IMG/VR virus record: IMGVR_UViG_3300042549_008416
Strand: one strand, 5' to 3'
Source of the DNA: an uncultured virus (IMG/VR IMGVR_UViG_3300042549_008416)
Taxonomy: Duplodnaviria > Heunggongvirae > Uroviricota > Caudoviricetes
DNA: 64,000 bases
Both the position numbers and the translations under genes were made by a program. The notes below the pieces were generated by a model. The model did no database searches. It worked only from the letters and a program-made list of their open reading frames with translations, and was not told the DNA's origin. Positions 48,402 to 57,959 of the stretch are shown piece by piece; positions within the stretch are counted from its first letter, which is position 1; each line of letters starts with the position of its first letter.

Positions 48402-49016
48402 ATGAAATTCCAATTAGCATTAGACGAAAAAAGTCTAACAAGAGAGGACTTACCAAAGTCTCAACAATTAAAAATTAAAGAAATTGAGAAATTAAAGACA
48501 CAAATTGAACATATTGAGTTAGAAGGAGTTGATGAAAGTTTTCAAGACGAATTTGACAAGATTAAGTTACAATTTGACCAAGCCGATGAGGAAGTGGTTG
48601 TCTTTATCCGCAATTTTGATGTGGAAAAAAGTAGAAAGCAAAGGGAAAGGCTTGCAGAAATGCGTGATAAGAAAAAGAAACTATCAGAAAAATCTGAAGA
48701 GCCAGCTCTTGAGAAAGCTCCTGAACCAGTTTCTGTATCAGAATCAGTACCTGCACCTGCTCCTGCACCAGTTCATCAATCTGCACCTACACCTGCTCAA
48801 GAGAATTTAGAAGCTCTTAAAGAGCAAGCTCAAGTTTTTCCTGAGCAATTTGAAGAAGAGTTTGAGCAAGAAGCAGAAGAAGTAGAAGCTGAAGAAGAAT
48901 TTGAAAAAGTTGGTGACAGCAAACCAAGAAAGTTGAATGTTCCGCTCGTTATTATGGGAGTTGGAGCTTTACTACTTACTTGGGGAGCAGTAAACTTCTT
49001 TAAAAATAAAGAATAA
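48402..49016 (+). CDS. tail-anchored membrane protein (paralog of 44757)
   Basis: Coiled coil, Pro-rich linker, C-terminal TM ending GAVNFFKNKE. Confidence 0.75.
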   Translation: MKFQLALDEKSLTREDLPKSQQLKIKEIEKLKTQIEHIELEGVDESFQDEFDKIKLQFDQADEEVVVFIRNFDVEKSRKQRERLAEMRDKKKKLSEKSEEPALEKAPEPVSVSESVPAPAPAPVHQSAPTPAQENLEALKEQAQVFPEQFEEEFEQEAEEVEAEEEFEKVGDSKPRKLNVPLVIMGVGALLLTWGAVNFFKNKE

Positions 49017-49297
49017 TGCCGTATAACATAACATCATACACCAAAGAGCAAGCAAGAGCACACAATGTTGTTGTTAAGCCAAGCAAAGTCAAAGGCAAAA
49101 AGATTGATGTTTTTGACAAAAAAGGTAATAAGCTTGCTTCAGTTGGAGCTTTGGGTATGGGGGATTATCCAACCTTTAAGAAAACTAAAGGAAAGGAATA
49201 TGCGGAAGTAAGAAGAAGATTATATAAACAAAGACACGAAAAAGATAGACATAAAAGAGGGTCAGCAGGTTACTGGGCAGACCAGCTTTTATGGTAA
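49016..49297 (+). CDS. DUF5754/Tlr6F-like small basic protein
   Basis: PSKVKGKK...GALGMGDY...RRRLYKQRH...SAGYWADQLLW. Confidence 0.75.
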   Translation: MPYNITSYTKEQARAHNVVVKPSKVKGKKIDVFDKKGNKLASVGALGMGDYPTFKKTKGKEYAEVRRRLYKQRHEKDRHKRGSAGYWADQLLW

Positions 49298-49361
49298 TAG
49301 ACAAAATTCGATAGCGAAATCTGTGAAAAAAAAGTAAATTTAACAAACAAAAAAACACAGA

Positions 49362-49643
49362 ATGAAAAAGTTAATTAACTGGATTGCAGGATTTTTTGAT
49401 GCAAGTAATAGTACTTCATCTTCAAAAAGATTAGTAGGTCTCGCTGGAGCTGCTATGCTATATTGGACATTATTTGACAACTCTCGAAGTGAAGGACACA
49501 TTATCCCAGCAGATTCTTTAGTATGGGGTACAGTAGTTTTGGTATGTACTTCACTTGGTTTGGCTTCTGTTAAGGAAATTTCTGATTTAGTGAAAAGTTT
49601 CAAAGGACAAAAAACTGAAGAAGTAACCGAAAAACCTGAATAA
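49362..49643 (+). CDS. putative holin
   Basis: SSKRL plus two TMs; first gene of the lysis cassette. Confidence 0.6.
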   Translation: MKKLINWIAGFFDASNSTSSSKRLVGLAGAAMLYWTLFDNSRSEGHIIPADSLVWGTVVLVCTSLGLASVKEISDLVKSFKGQKTEEVTEKPE

Positions 49644-49969
49644 TGGCAAAAGCAGTAAAATCAATAACAGAAAAAGTAACAGAGAAGGCTGGCGAAACAT
49701 TTAAGTTCCCAGTTACATTTAAGGAATTTAGCAAAAATCCAGTGGTAGGAACTATGTTCTTAGTAATCATTGGTATTAGTGCTTTATATATAGACATCCG
49801 TACTACATTCAATAAACAAATTGATGGTCAAGCTGGTAAGATTGAGAAAATGGAAGTTAAAGTAGATATGTTAACTGATGCAGTTCGTAGAGCTGACAGC
49901 TCATTATCTTCTACAACAACCAAAATCAATACATTAGAACAGCTTGGAGCAATTCAAAAGTTGAAATAA
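49643..49969 (+). CDS. TM + coiled-coil lysis-cassette protein
   Basis: Single TM followed by heptads. Confidence 0.6.
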   Translation: MAKAVKSITEKVTEKAGETFKFPVTFKEFSKNPVVGTMFLVIIGISALYIDIRTTFNKQIDGQAGKIEKMEVKVDMLTDAVRRADSSLSSTTTKINTLEQLGAIQKLK

Positions 49970-50298
49970 TGAAATATTTGGGTTTCATTTTAGTATTATT
50001 ATGTTTTGGTTGCACAGGATTGAGCAGCCAATCACAAAATGAGGAGTTTAAGAAAGACCAAGAGCTTATAAAAGTTATGAGCAGTTTTTCTAATACGGCA
50101 GCTAAAAATGAGATAGCTCAAAGTAAAGCGGATGACAAAACAAAAGAAGTAGTAACCGAAGCTGCAAACACGATTACGAGTTTAAAAGCAGAAGTTGCTG
50201 CATTAAAAACAGAATTGAATGAAGTTAAGGCTCAGCTTAATGATACTAAGCTTGATACTAATAGTAAGTTCCAGCTTCGCCCAATATCCAATAAGTAA
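49969..50298 (+). CDS. putative lipoprotein / spanin-like
   Basis: MKYLGFILVLLCFGC lipobox-like sequence, coiled coil. Confidence 0.55.
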   Translation: MKYLGFILVLLCFGCTGLSSQSQNEEFKKDQELIKVMSSFSNTAAKNEIAQSKADDKTKEVVTEAANTITSLKAEVAALKTELNEVKAQLNDTKLDTNSKFQLRPISNK

Positions 50299-50656
50299 AA
50301 AAATTGGAAATGATTCTGTTGTTATAATGACAACGGCTCAAGGGAGAAAAATAAACGAGCTATTTGAAAAAAATGAAAAGATTATTGACAGCATAAGGAC
50401 AAGATATGAGGTCTCAACAAAAATAATTGATTCATTAAGCGTAGTAAGAGATACAATAAGAGTGCAAAATGATTCACTTTTATCTAAATACATAGAAACT
50501 AGAAAATTGTATGATGATATGAAGTGGAGAAGAGACACTAATCTTGTAATTTATAAAAAGCAAGAGCTTAAATGGAATAAACAAACAAAAGTGATTCAAT
50601 TCATAAATGTGGGTTTGATTACCTTCATTATGTTTTGGGTTATGACACACAGATAA
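50219..50656 (+). CDS. spanin-like partner (signal peptide, coiled coil, C-terminal TM)
   Basis: 80-nt overlap with the upstream gene. Confidence 0.55.
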   Translation: MKLRLSLMILSLILIVSSSFAQYPISKKIGNDSVVIMTTAQGRKINELFEKNEKIIDSIRTRYEVSTKIIDSLSVVRDTIRVQNDSLLSKYIETRKLYDDMKWRRDTNLVIYKKQELKWNKQTKVIQFINVGLITFIMFWVMTHR

Positions 50657-50666
50657 AACACATAAT

Positions 50667-51287
50667 ATGAACATAGACAAACTGCAAGGTAAACTGCCTG
50701 CACAAGTACTTGCCGAGATTCCATTAATTATGGAAAAATTCGGTATTACAAATCCTTTGAGATTATCTCATTTTCTCGCTCAGTGTGGACACGAGAGCGG
50801 TGGATTCAAGCACGTTAAAGAGAATATGAACTATTCCGCTGAAGGACTATTAAAAATCTTCGGAAAATATTTCAGAAAGGCAGACGGAAAGACACCAGAC
50901 CCTGCATTAGCAGCTCAATACGCTCGTAAACCTGAAAAAATTGGTTCTCGTGTATATGGCAATCGTATGGGTAACGGAAATGAAGCATCTGGCGAAGGAT
51001 TCAAATTTCACGGAAGAGGTTATATCCAATTAACTGGTAAAGACAACTACAAAGCGTTTTCTGATTTCATCGGAGAAGATTGCGTTGCAAATCCTGATTT
51101 AGTTGCTACAAAATATCCATTAACAAGTGCCGCATTTTTCTTCCATAAAAACAAATTATGGGATATATGCGACAAAGGACACAGCCACGATGTAGTTGCT
51201 GCTGTAACCAAGCGTGTAAATGGTGGAGATATTGGATTAGCCGATAGACAAAAACACTTTACCGAATACAATAATCTTTTAGCATAA
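50667..51287 (+). CDS. GH19 endolysin
   Basis: HFLAQCGHESGGF, GRGYIQLTGKDNY, TKRVNGG..GLADR. Confidence 0.93.
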   Translation: MNIDKLQGKLPAQVLAEIPLIMEKFGITNPLRLSHFLAQCGHESGGFKHVKENMNYSAEGLLKIFGKYFRKADGKTPDPALAAQYARKPEKIGSRVYGNRMGNGNEASGEGFKFHGRGYIQLTGKDNYKAFSDFIGEDCVANPDLVATKYPLTSAAFFFHKNKLWDICDKGHSHDVVAAVTKRVNGGDIGLADRQKHFTEYNNLLA

Positions 51288-51658
51288 TGGAAGATAATAA
51301 GTCAGTAAGACCAGTGGATGATGTGAGATTAAAATTATCACGCACATCAGATGTTTTCCTTAAAACAGCGGCTATTATTGCTGGTGTTACAGCTCTTGCA
51401 GGAGGTTATGCATTTTTTTTAAATTATGTGTGGAAACCAAAAGTAGTAGTTGCAAATGCAGACTTTGTTAATGGTAAGGCTACTCTAAAAATAGGAACTA
51501 TATTTATAAAAGTTATTGATATTACAGGAGATACTATTTATCAAATTGCAGGTGATTGGGGTGTAAGGTTCGGTTCTGTATTACAAGGAAGTAAACTTGT
51601 ATACAATAGAATAGAATTAGTAAGAAAGGGAATGGTAGTAGAATATTTAACCAAATAA
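51287..51658 (+). CDS. single-TM protein
   Basis: AAIIAGVTALAGGYAFF. Confidence 0.7.
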   Translation: MEDNKSVRPVDDVRLKLSRTSDVFLKTAAIIAGVTALAGGYAFFLNYVWKPKVVVANADFVNGKATLKIGTIFIKVIDITGDTIYQIAGDWGVRFGSVLQGSKLVYNRIELVRKGMVVEYLTK

Positions 51659-51660
51659 AA

Positions 51661-52047
51661 ATGGATTTAGGTTTAAAAAAAGTTGTAGAAGATGGGAATG
51701 GTAATACGCTGTTATATACAGCTCTTATAGCGGCAGCTATAGCCAATACCTTACCTACCCCCTTTGATGGTATTTACTTCAGAAGAGTGAATACACTTCA
51801 AAGAAAATACGATGAAAATAAAATTTCTCCTGAATCTTTGGAATGGCATATTGCTGGGGAGTACTATTTATGGACTTCTTTGTGGTATGTTACCTTATTT
51901 ACTGGGGTTTATGCTTTTGGTGGAAAGTATAAAACAAATGCCAGAATACTCCTAACAGTTGCTGCTGGGGGTTTGGTATTAGGAGCTGTAAATAAGAATA
52001 TTCAAGTCAACAAGGAATTAAAAAAGAAACAAGATGCGAATGCGTGA
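51661..52047 (+). CDS. multi-TM membrane protein
   Basis: Three hydrophobic segments. Confidence 0.7.
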   Translation: MDLGLKKVVEDGNGNTLLYTALIAAAIANTLPTPFDGIYFRRVNTLQRKYDENKISPESLEWHIAGEYYLWTSLWYVTLFTGVYAFGGKYKTNARILLTVAAGGLVLGAVNKNIQVNKELKKKQDANA

Positions 52048-53458
52048 TAATATTGAAAAATCAATAAAACAAAGATTATCAAAATCTTTTGAATTGCCCT
52101 TACAAATGGCAGTTTACGTTCCATCTACTAAGGATAAGAATGTAAATGTTACTAAAAAGGAGATGGATGAGCGTGTCCTTGAGGTAAAATCATTCTTAGC
52201 TAATTTATTTGGAGGATTTAATTCTGTAAAGGTTGAAGGAGGGTTTGAATCTTCTGATAAAGGATTAATAGAAGAGGATGCAGTTCGTGTAGTAGCATTT
52301 TCAACTGAAGATGGTTTTGAAAATAAATTTGAAAAACTTGTATATCAAGTTAAAATGTGGTGTAAAGAATGGAGTCAAGAGAGCATAGGACTTGAATTTG
52401 AGAATGATTTGTTTCATATAGAATCGGATAGCAAATATGCTAACGGCGGAATGATAAGTGTAGATTATGACGGAGAAGTATTAAAATATAAAATTGATAC
52501 GGATGATAAATATATAGAAGTAGACGAAGTCACTAAGGAATTTCTCTCTGATATAGCTCTCGTAATGGATAGGAATTTCAGAAAACTAAAAGATACTTAT
52601 ATTTTTTGGTACGATGATATGTCTGATAGCGATATTATGGAGCTTGAAGAGGTATTTCAAACAAGTTTGACCAAGTTTGCTAAAGGTGGTTTATATGCTA
52701 CTGGAATTACATCAAAAAAAGAAATTGTAGAGCAAATAAAAAAACTTAGAAGTACAATAGAAGCTCAAAATGAATTTAAAGAAGAGCTCAAATCTGATAA
52801 CCTTAGCGACTATGAAATAGATTTGATTGAAAATAGAAAGTTACCAAAATTGTATGACGATGAAAATTACTATCGTAGCAATCTTGAATTTTTAATAAAG
52901 AAGTATAACATAGAGCACGGAGATAAATTATCAATTCCTAAGAGCTTGTATGTATTTATGAAAGCTCAAGGGTTTGCTGATGGTGGAGAATTGGAAAATG
53001 ACACTTTTGTAATGTTATTTAAGGCATATGGATTTGTTGAAAAAAGAGGTTCTTATGGTACAAGAACATTTTATAACGTAGAACATAATGCAAAAATATA
53101 CTATGACCCTAAATATAGAAGTATTTCTGGTTATGTAGGCGGTGGAGAAGGTAATGATGAAGTAATTCCTTATAGTGTTGATGGGGTATTAGATTTCTTT
53201 ATTGAACACGATATTACAGAAAGCGATGCTACTCCGTTTGCAAAAGGTGGAAATGTTTGGGATGAAGATTTGAATGTATATACATTAGTTTCATCAAAAG
53301 AATATTTTGGTTCAGATACTGCAAGCGATAAGAGAAGATGGTTTAGAAGAAATGGCAGAGGCTTAACCAGAGACCAAGCAAAAAGAATGGCTCAAGACTA
53401 TATAGACAGATATGGAAAAGAAAGAGTATATATAGGAAACATAAGACATTATAGATAA
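52034..53458 (+). CDS. modular xxGG-repeat protein
   Basis: VYVPST...FGG...QESI N-terminal module; YANGG, FAKGG, FADGG, FAKGG. Confidence 0.8.
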   Translation: MRMRDNIEKSIKQRLSKSFELPLQMAVYVPSTKDKNVNVTKKEMDERVLEVKSFLANLFGGFNSVKVEGGFESSDKGLIEEDAVRVVAFSTEDGFENKFEKLVYQVKMWCKEWSQESIGLEFENDLFHIESDSKYANGGMISVDYDGEVLKYKIDTDDKYIEVDEVTKEFLSDIALVMDRNFRKLKDTYIFWYDDMSDSDIMELEEVFQTSLTKFAKGGLYATGITSKKEIVEQIKKLRSTIEAQNEFKEELKSDNLSDYEIDLIENRKLPKLYDDENYYRSNLEFLIKKYNIEHGDKLSIPKSLYVFMKAQGFADGGELENDTFVMLFKAYGFVEKRGSYGTRTFYNVEHNAKIYYDPKYRSISGYVGGGEGNDEVIPYSVDGVLDFFIEHDITESDATPFAKGGNVWDEDLNVYTLVSSKEYFGSDTASDKRRWFRRNGRGLTRDQAKRMAQDYIDRYGKERVYIGNIRHYR

Positions 53459-53468
53459 AAAAAATATT

Positions 53469-55361
53469 ATGGTAAAGAAACCAAGAAAAAGATTTGACAC
53501 TGGTCGTAAAAAAGGTGATGTAGGCAAAAGTGGTACGCAGTATGGGTACACTCTTGAAGAATATGACGAAATGGGAGAAAAAATGGGTTTGTTTGTTTCT
53601 CCAAAAGAATGGTGGTCAAGTAGAGAAGGGAAAAAATACACCGATAGTTTTGGCAGAACTCAAACAATAGGCAATCATTCTCAAGACGAAAGGCAAGAAA
53701 TGCAGTCATATGGCTATCGTATAGCAATAGGTATGGACTTGGGTAGCGATAAAATTCCTGCAAGTGCAAGAAAATATGTATTAGATAATAACCTTATGAA
53801 ATCTGATGCTATGGCTAAAGGTGGAAGAGTCAAATTAATATTTCACGGTAGTTCAAGAGAAATACCTATGGGAGAATTTGAAACTTCTGCTGCTGCAAAA
53901 AGGTATGTGGAATCTTCAGATTGGAAAAGGCCGTATTCAATTAAAAAAATTGAACCAAAAGTTGCCAGAACTCAATTCGAAGAGGAAGTTTTTGAATACG
54001 CTGATGGTGGAGATACAGATTCGCCAGAATCAATCTGGGAATCAACTAAGCCAATCAAAAGAGTAAAAATGCTTGTTAATGCTGCTTTTGATGGTCAAAA
54101 ATATAAGCATACACAAAATGAATTAATTGAATTTTCAGATTTAGAATGGTCAAGTTTACCAGAAGATATTAGAAGTAAATTAGAATTAGATATATATAAA
54201 TATGCTGATGGTGGACAATTTGATTTTAAACCTTATGGAAAAACAAAAGGTAGATATAAAATAGAATATGTAGAGGAAGGTAAAAAACAATCTGAAGTTT
54301 GGGAATCAAAAGAGATGGTTGAAGATAGAGGTAAAAAATTATTAAAACTTGGATGCACTAATATTAAAATTACGAAAGTCAAAAAAATGGCTAGGGGTGG
54401 AGAACCAAAACCTTCACTAATACCTGATTATAAAAAAATTAGTGGTATCGAAGTTGAAGATATTGATATGGCAGATTATCCAGATTTCTCGGATGCGTAC
54501 ATATCATATGCTGAATATGATGGAGAGCCTATGACAGATGAGCAATTAGAAGAGCTTAATCAAGACGGATATATTGTTTATGAAGCTATACAAAGGAGAT
54601 TATTTGCTGATGGTGGTAAAGTTCGTCAAAATAAAAAAGATAAATTATGGGAATCTATAAAAAATAAATTTTCAGAAATATTCTATTTAAGAGAAACGAA
54701 TCCAAATGAAATATTTTCAAATGACGTAATAGCCGAAAAAAATGAATATTTATATTTTGCTGCCGCTTGGGTTACAACCACTTTAAGCTTTGAAGAAGCA
54801 GAAAATAAATTTATGAAGATGTTGACGGATGATGAGAAAAAAATGATTAAAATAGAACGCAACGTAAAAGATATAAATGAAGCATTCGGTTTAATGTCAG
54901 AAAAGAAAATTTTAGTAAAAAGAATTGATAAGATGGCTGATGGCGGGGAGGTTAGTTTATGGAAAGTAGATAAAAATAAAGTTGAAAAATTAAAAACTGG
55001 TAGTAAAAGAGCTATTAAAGGTTACATAACAAAAAACAAACTTGATAGAGCTACTGGAGAGAATTGGGGTTTGCAAGAGTGGCCAACTGATGTTACTGAA
55101 GAACAAATTTTAAGGTATAATCGTTCTAATATGACGGCAACATCTCAAGAATATGCAAGAGGCGGCAAGGTAAAAAGCAGATGGATTCAAGATGCATTAA
55201 GCGGAAACAAAGGGGAACTTCGTAAAACAGCCAAAAGAAAGGGCTTAATCAAAGGAGATGAGAAATTATCAAATTCTGACTTACGAAAATTGCAGAAAAT
55301 GGGCGGTAAAACTGCAAAAAGGGCTCGTTTAGCAGAAACTTTGATAGAATTTAAAAAATAA
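53469..55361 (+). CDS. modular xxGG-repeat protein
   Basis: Seven motifs; DYPDFSDAYI module; C-terminal WIQ...KRARLAETL basic module. Confidence 0.8.
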   Translation: MVKKPRKRFDTGRKKGDVGKSGTQYGYTLEEYDEMGEKMGLFVSPKEWWSSREGKKYTDSFGRTQTIGNHSQDERQEMQSYGYRIAIGMDLGSDKIPASARKYVLDNNLMKSDAMAKGGRVKLIFHGSSREIPMGEFETSAAAKRYVESSDWKRPYSIKKIEPKVARTQFEEEVFEYADGGDTDSPESIWESTKPIKRVKMLVNAAFDGQKYKHTQNELIEFSDLEWSSLPEDIRSKLELDIYKYADGGQFDFKPYGKTKGRYKIEYVEEGKKQSEVWESKEMVEDRGKKLLKLGCTNIKITKVKKMARGGEPKPSLIPDYKKISGIEVEDIDMADYPDFSDAYISYAEYDGEPMTDEQLEELNQDGYIVYEAIQRRLFADGGKVRQNKKDKLWESIKNKFSEIFYLRETNPNEIFSNDVIAEKNEYLYFAAAWVTTTLSFEEAENKFMKMLTDDEKKMIKIERNVKDINEAFGLMSEKKILVKRIDKMADGGEVSLWKVDKNKVEKLKTGSKRAIKGYITKNKLDRATGENWGLQEWPTDVTEEQILRYNRSNMTATSQEYARGGKVKSRWIQDALSGNKGELRKTAKRKGLIKGDEKLSNSDLRKLQKMGGKTAKRARLAETLIEFKK

Positions 55362-55388
55362 AAGATTAAAATTGCGAAAAATAATATT

Positions 55389-55396
55389 TAAATTTG
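55389..55396 (+). promoter_or_regulatory. -7 promoter element TAAATTTG
   Basis: Preceded by GAAAAATAATAT; upstream of the small basic gene. Confidence 0.55.
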
Positions 55397-55418
55397 TAAA
55401 AACAGTAAAATTATAATT

Positions 55419-55553
55419 ATGGCAAAGCAAGGCGAAAAAATCAAACTTATCTCAGCTCACGCAAAAAAGATTTGGAAAAAAGCAGAAGGTGAGAAATGGA
55501 CTGAAGCCATAAAAAGGGCAAGTGCCGAGCTTAAAAAAGCAGGCAAAATATAA
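55419..55553 (+). CDS. 44-aa basic protein, possible DNA-binding core protein (not in ORF track)
   Basis: MAKQGEKIKLISAHAKKIWKKAEGEKWTEAIKRASAELKKAGKI. Confidence 0.7.
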   Translation: MAKQGEKIKLISAHAKKIWKKAEGEKWTEAIKRASAELKKAGKI

Positions 55554-55570
55554 CAAGAAAAAAACTTAAT

Positions 55571-55933
55571 ATGAGTTTAAAATACGCTGAAAACGCTGTC
55601 ATTAAAGGATTTGTTGGAATTCCTGACCAATTTGCTATTTATGGTCAAAACAATACATTTACTGATGCCCCAACTGCAACACCTGAAGAAAGAATAAATG
55701 AAATTTTTAGTATGTCTAACGATTGCAGAGATGGAAGTACCATTTTTGCAGACGAACAAGCATTTCATCCAGTTTCTCAAGGGTTAACTGCTCAAGTGGT
55801 ATTATCGGGTTCAGCTCAAGCTGGAACTTCAGCAGAAGCACCTGCACCTCCAATGAAAAAGTTAGAAAATAACTTAGCAACTGCTCTTTTAATCGGAGCT
55901 GGCGTATTTGTACTTTATAAAATTTTATCATAA
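55571..55933 (+). CDS. tail-anchored membrane protein
   Basis: C-terminal ALLIGAGVFVLYKIL. Confidence 0.75.
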   Translation: MSLKYAENAVIKGFVGIPDQFAIYGQNNTFTDAPTATPEERINEIFSMSNDCRDGSTIFADEQAFHPVSQGLTAQVVLSGSAQAGTSAEAPAPPMKKLENNLATALLIGAGVFVLYKILS

Positions 55934-56310
55934 TGGAAGAAGCAACATCAGCAACAGCTCCTGCACCAGCAGCAGCACCAGCCCCAGCGGCAGCACCTGC
56001 ACCAGAGGCAGCATCTGCACCAGCACCAGCACCAGCACAATCAAGTGGTGGCGGTTTCGGTTCTTCTATTAAAGAAGCTGTAAGTACTATGAATTGGACT
56101 GAAGTTATTTTCGGAGTATTAGGTTCAGCAGCTTTATTTTATACAATTTACTACTATAAATACAATCTCACAATGAATAAAACATTCAAAGCTGAGATGC
56201 AGAATAAGATTGACGATTTAACTATCAAATTATCTGATATGGAGAGTGCATCTCAAAGAGATATATTGCCTGCAAACACACCGCAGCAAGGGTTTGATGG
56301 TTTCTATTAA
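55933..56310 (+). CDS. Ala/Pro-rich single-TM protein
   Basis: (AP)n N-terminus, central TM. Confidence 0.75.
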   Translation: MEEATSATAPAPAAAPAPAAAPAPEAASAPAPAPAQSSGGGFGSSIKEAVSTMNWTEVIFGVLGSAALFYTIYYYKYNLTMNKTFKAEMQNKIDDLTIKLSDMESASQRDILPANTPQQGFDGFY

Positions 56311-56330
56311 TAGTGAAATAAAAAAATACA

Positions 56331-56978
56331 ATGCAGGTAAATGAATTAAGATTTGGTAATTCAAATCGTACCATCCTTGTTTATCTTAAAACAGAAAATT
56401 ACTTAGATTCTCTCTTACCAGAACTAAGCTCATTCCCGCCACCTGAAAACGATAGCAAAGAAGTATATCAAGAATTAAATCAACTCATTGAGTATACAAA
56501 CTTTCTTGAACAAGACGAGCAATTAAGACGTAGATATGAATTATACGATGGTGATTTTGAAAATTACATCATTGAAAGATTAGTAAACGTAGGTATAGAC
56601 AAGCAAGAATTAGAAAAAATTGTCAGAGAGATACACGATGACATACTTCCACTACTTGTTAAACTGAAGGTTACATACAATAGGGCTAGACCTTATCAAC
56701 TAGCATTTTATAAAGGATTAAAGTTATATCCTTTTAAATCTGCAACAGCAGATTCTTCATCATATCCATCAGGACACACATATCAAGCAAGGATTTACGC
56801 TGAAGTATTGGGTAATATGTACCCAAAATTTTATAAAGCCTTACACGATTTAGCTAATGACATTTCTTGGTCAAGATTATATTTAGGACTTCATTACCCT
56901 TCTGATATGGAGTATTCACTTTATGCAGCAGAAGTCGTACTAAAACATCCAGAATTTAGAAAAAAATACAAGTTATAG
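56331..56978 (+). CDS. PAP2-superfamily phosphatase
   Basis: KxxxxxxRP, YPSGH, SRxxxGxHxxSD. Confidence 0.9.
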   Translation: MQVNELRFGNSNRTILVYLKTENYLDSLLPELSSFPPPENDSKEVYQELNQLIEYTNFLEQDEQLRRRYELYDGDFENYIIERLVNVGIDKQELEKIVREIHDDILPLLVKLKVTYNRARPYQLAFYKGLKLYPFKSATADSSSYPSGHTYQARIYAEVLGNMYPKFYKALHDLANDISWSRLYLGLHYPSDMEYSLYAAEVVLKHPEFRKKYKL

Positions 56979-56987
56979 TGAAATACA

Positions 56988-57449
56988 ATGGGTGTACACA
57001 TAAGTCAACTTCCTCAAGAGGTAAAAGATAGGTTAGGGTTAAAAGACCCACAGCATAAGCAATTTTGGGCAATTATTGGTTCAAAAGACCCGATATATTT
57101 CCGTTCCTCTTGGGAGTATTACTATGCTATATTCCTCGAAAAATTAAAGCAAGAAGGTAAAATAGTCGACTGGAAGCACGAGCCAAAGTGTTTCTGGTTC
57201 GAGAATATTAAGCGTGGGGTTAGGTCATATCTACCTGATTTTTGTGTATTGCATTTAAACGGCACTGAGGAGTGGGCTGAAGTAAAAGGGTACTATGATT
57301 CAAAATCCCAAACAAAGATGAAGAGAATGGCAAAATACTATCCTCAAATCAAGATTAGGCTGGTAGGCTCGGATTGGTTCAAAATAAACCTAAAAGCTTG
57401 TAAAGCATTAGAGCCTATGCTTGCAAAAGCTGTTCAAAAAGTTTCATAA
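56988..57449 (+). CDS. PD-(D/E)XK endonuclease
   Basis: FRSSWE, HEP, YLPDF, EVKG. Confidence 0.85.
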   Translation: MGVHISQLPQEVKDRLGLKDPQHKQFWAIIGSKDPIYFRSSWEYYYAIFLEKLKQEGKIVDWKHEPKCFWFENIKRGVRSYLPDFCVLHLNGTEEWAEVKGYYDSKSQTKMKRMAKYYPQIKIRLVGSDWFKINLKACKALEPMLAKAVQKVS

Positions 57450-57516
57450 TTTTTTTTAGGTTTTTATGCGGCATTGATTATATTTGTAAATAGAGAAATA
57501 CTATTGATTTTAGATA

Positions 57517-57957
57517 ATGATAAAAACGGCATCCATTTCAACCAACATATTTGATGAACTCTTTGTAACTATTGAGTCTATTGGTGTCGATACTACAATA
57601 AAAGTCCTTCAAGAAGCAAGAACAAAAGTGTTGATTTTAGGAGATAACAATGTTGATAATATCATTAATGCAGTAGTAGAAATAACTGGCGTTCAAAAAT
57701 CAAGGATATTACACGGAACTGACAGAAGTGATGATAGGAAGATGGCCTTAGCTCTTTGTGTGTATTATATAAAGAATCAATTTGAATATTCTTATAATGA
57801 TATGAATAAGATATTTTCAAAAGATAGGGCTGGATTATACAGATATTATTCTTTAATCGATAATATTGCAGCCAAACCAAAAAATGAATTTGACAAAACA
57901 CTAAGTGAATATCGGAAACAATTAGAATTATTTATTACTAGAGAAAAAATTAAATAA
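57517..57957 (+). CDS. DnaA domain IV-like HTH DNA-binding protein
   Basis: AVVEITGV....I....R.....ALCVYY......SYNDMNKIFSKDR pattern; TATATTTG box at 57479. Confidence 0.6.
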   Translation: MIKTASISTNIFDELFVTIESIGVDTTIKVLQEARTKVLILGDNNVDNIINAVVEITGVQKSRILHGTDRSDDRKMALALCVYYIKNQFEYSYNDMNKIFSKDRAGLYRYYSLIDNIAAKPKNEFDKTLSEYRKQLELFITREKIK

Positions 57958-57959
57958 CT

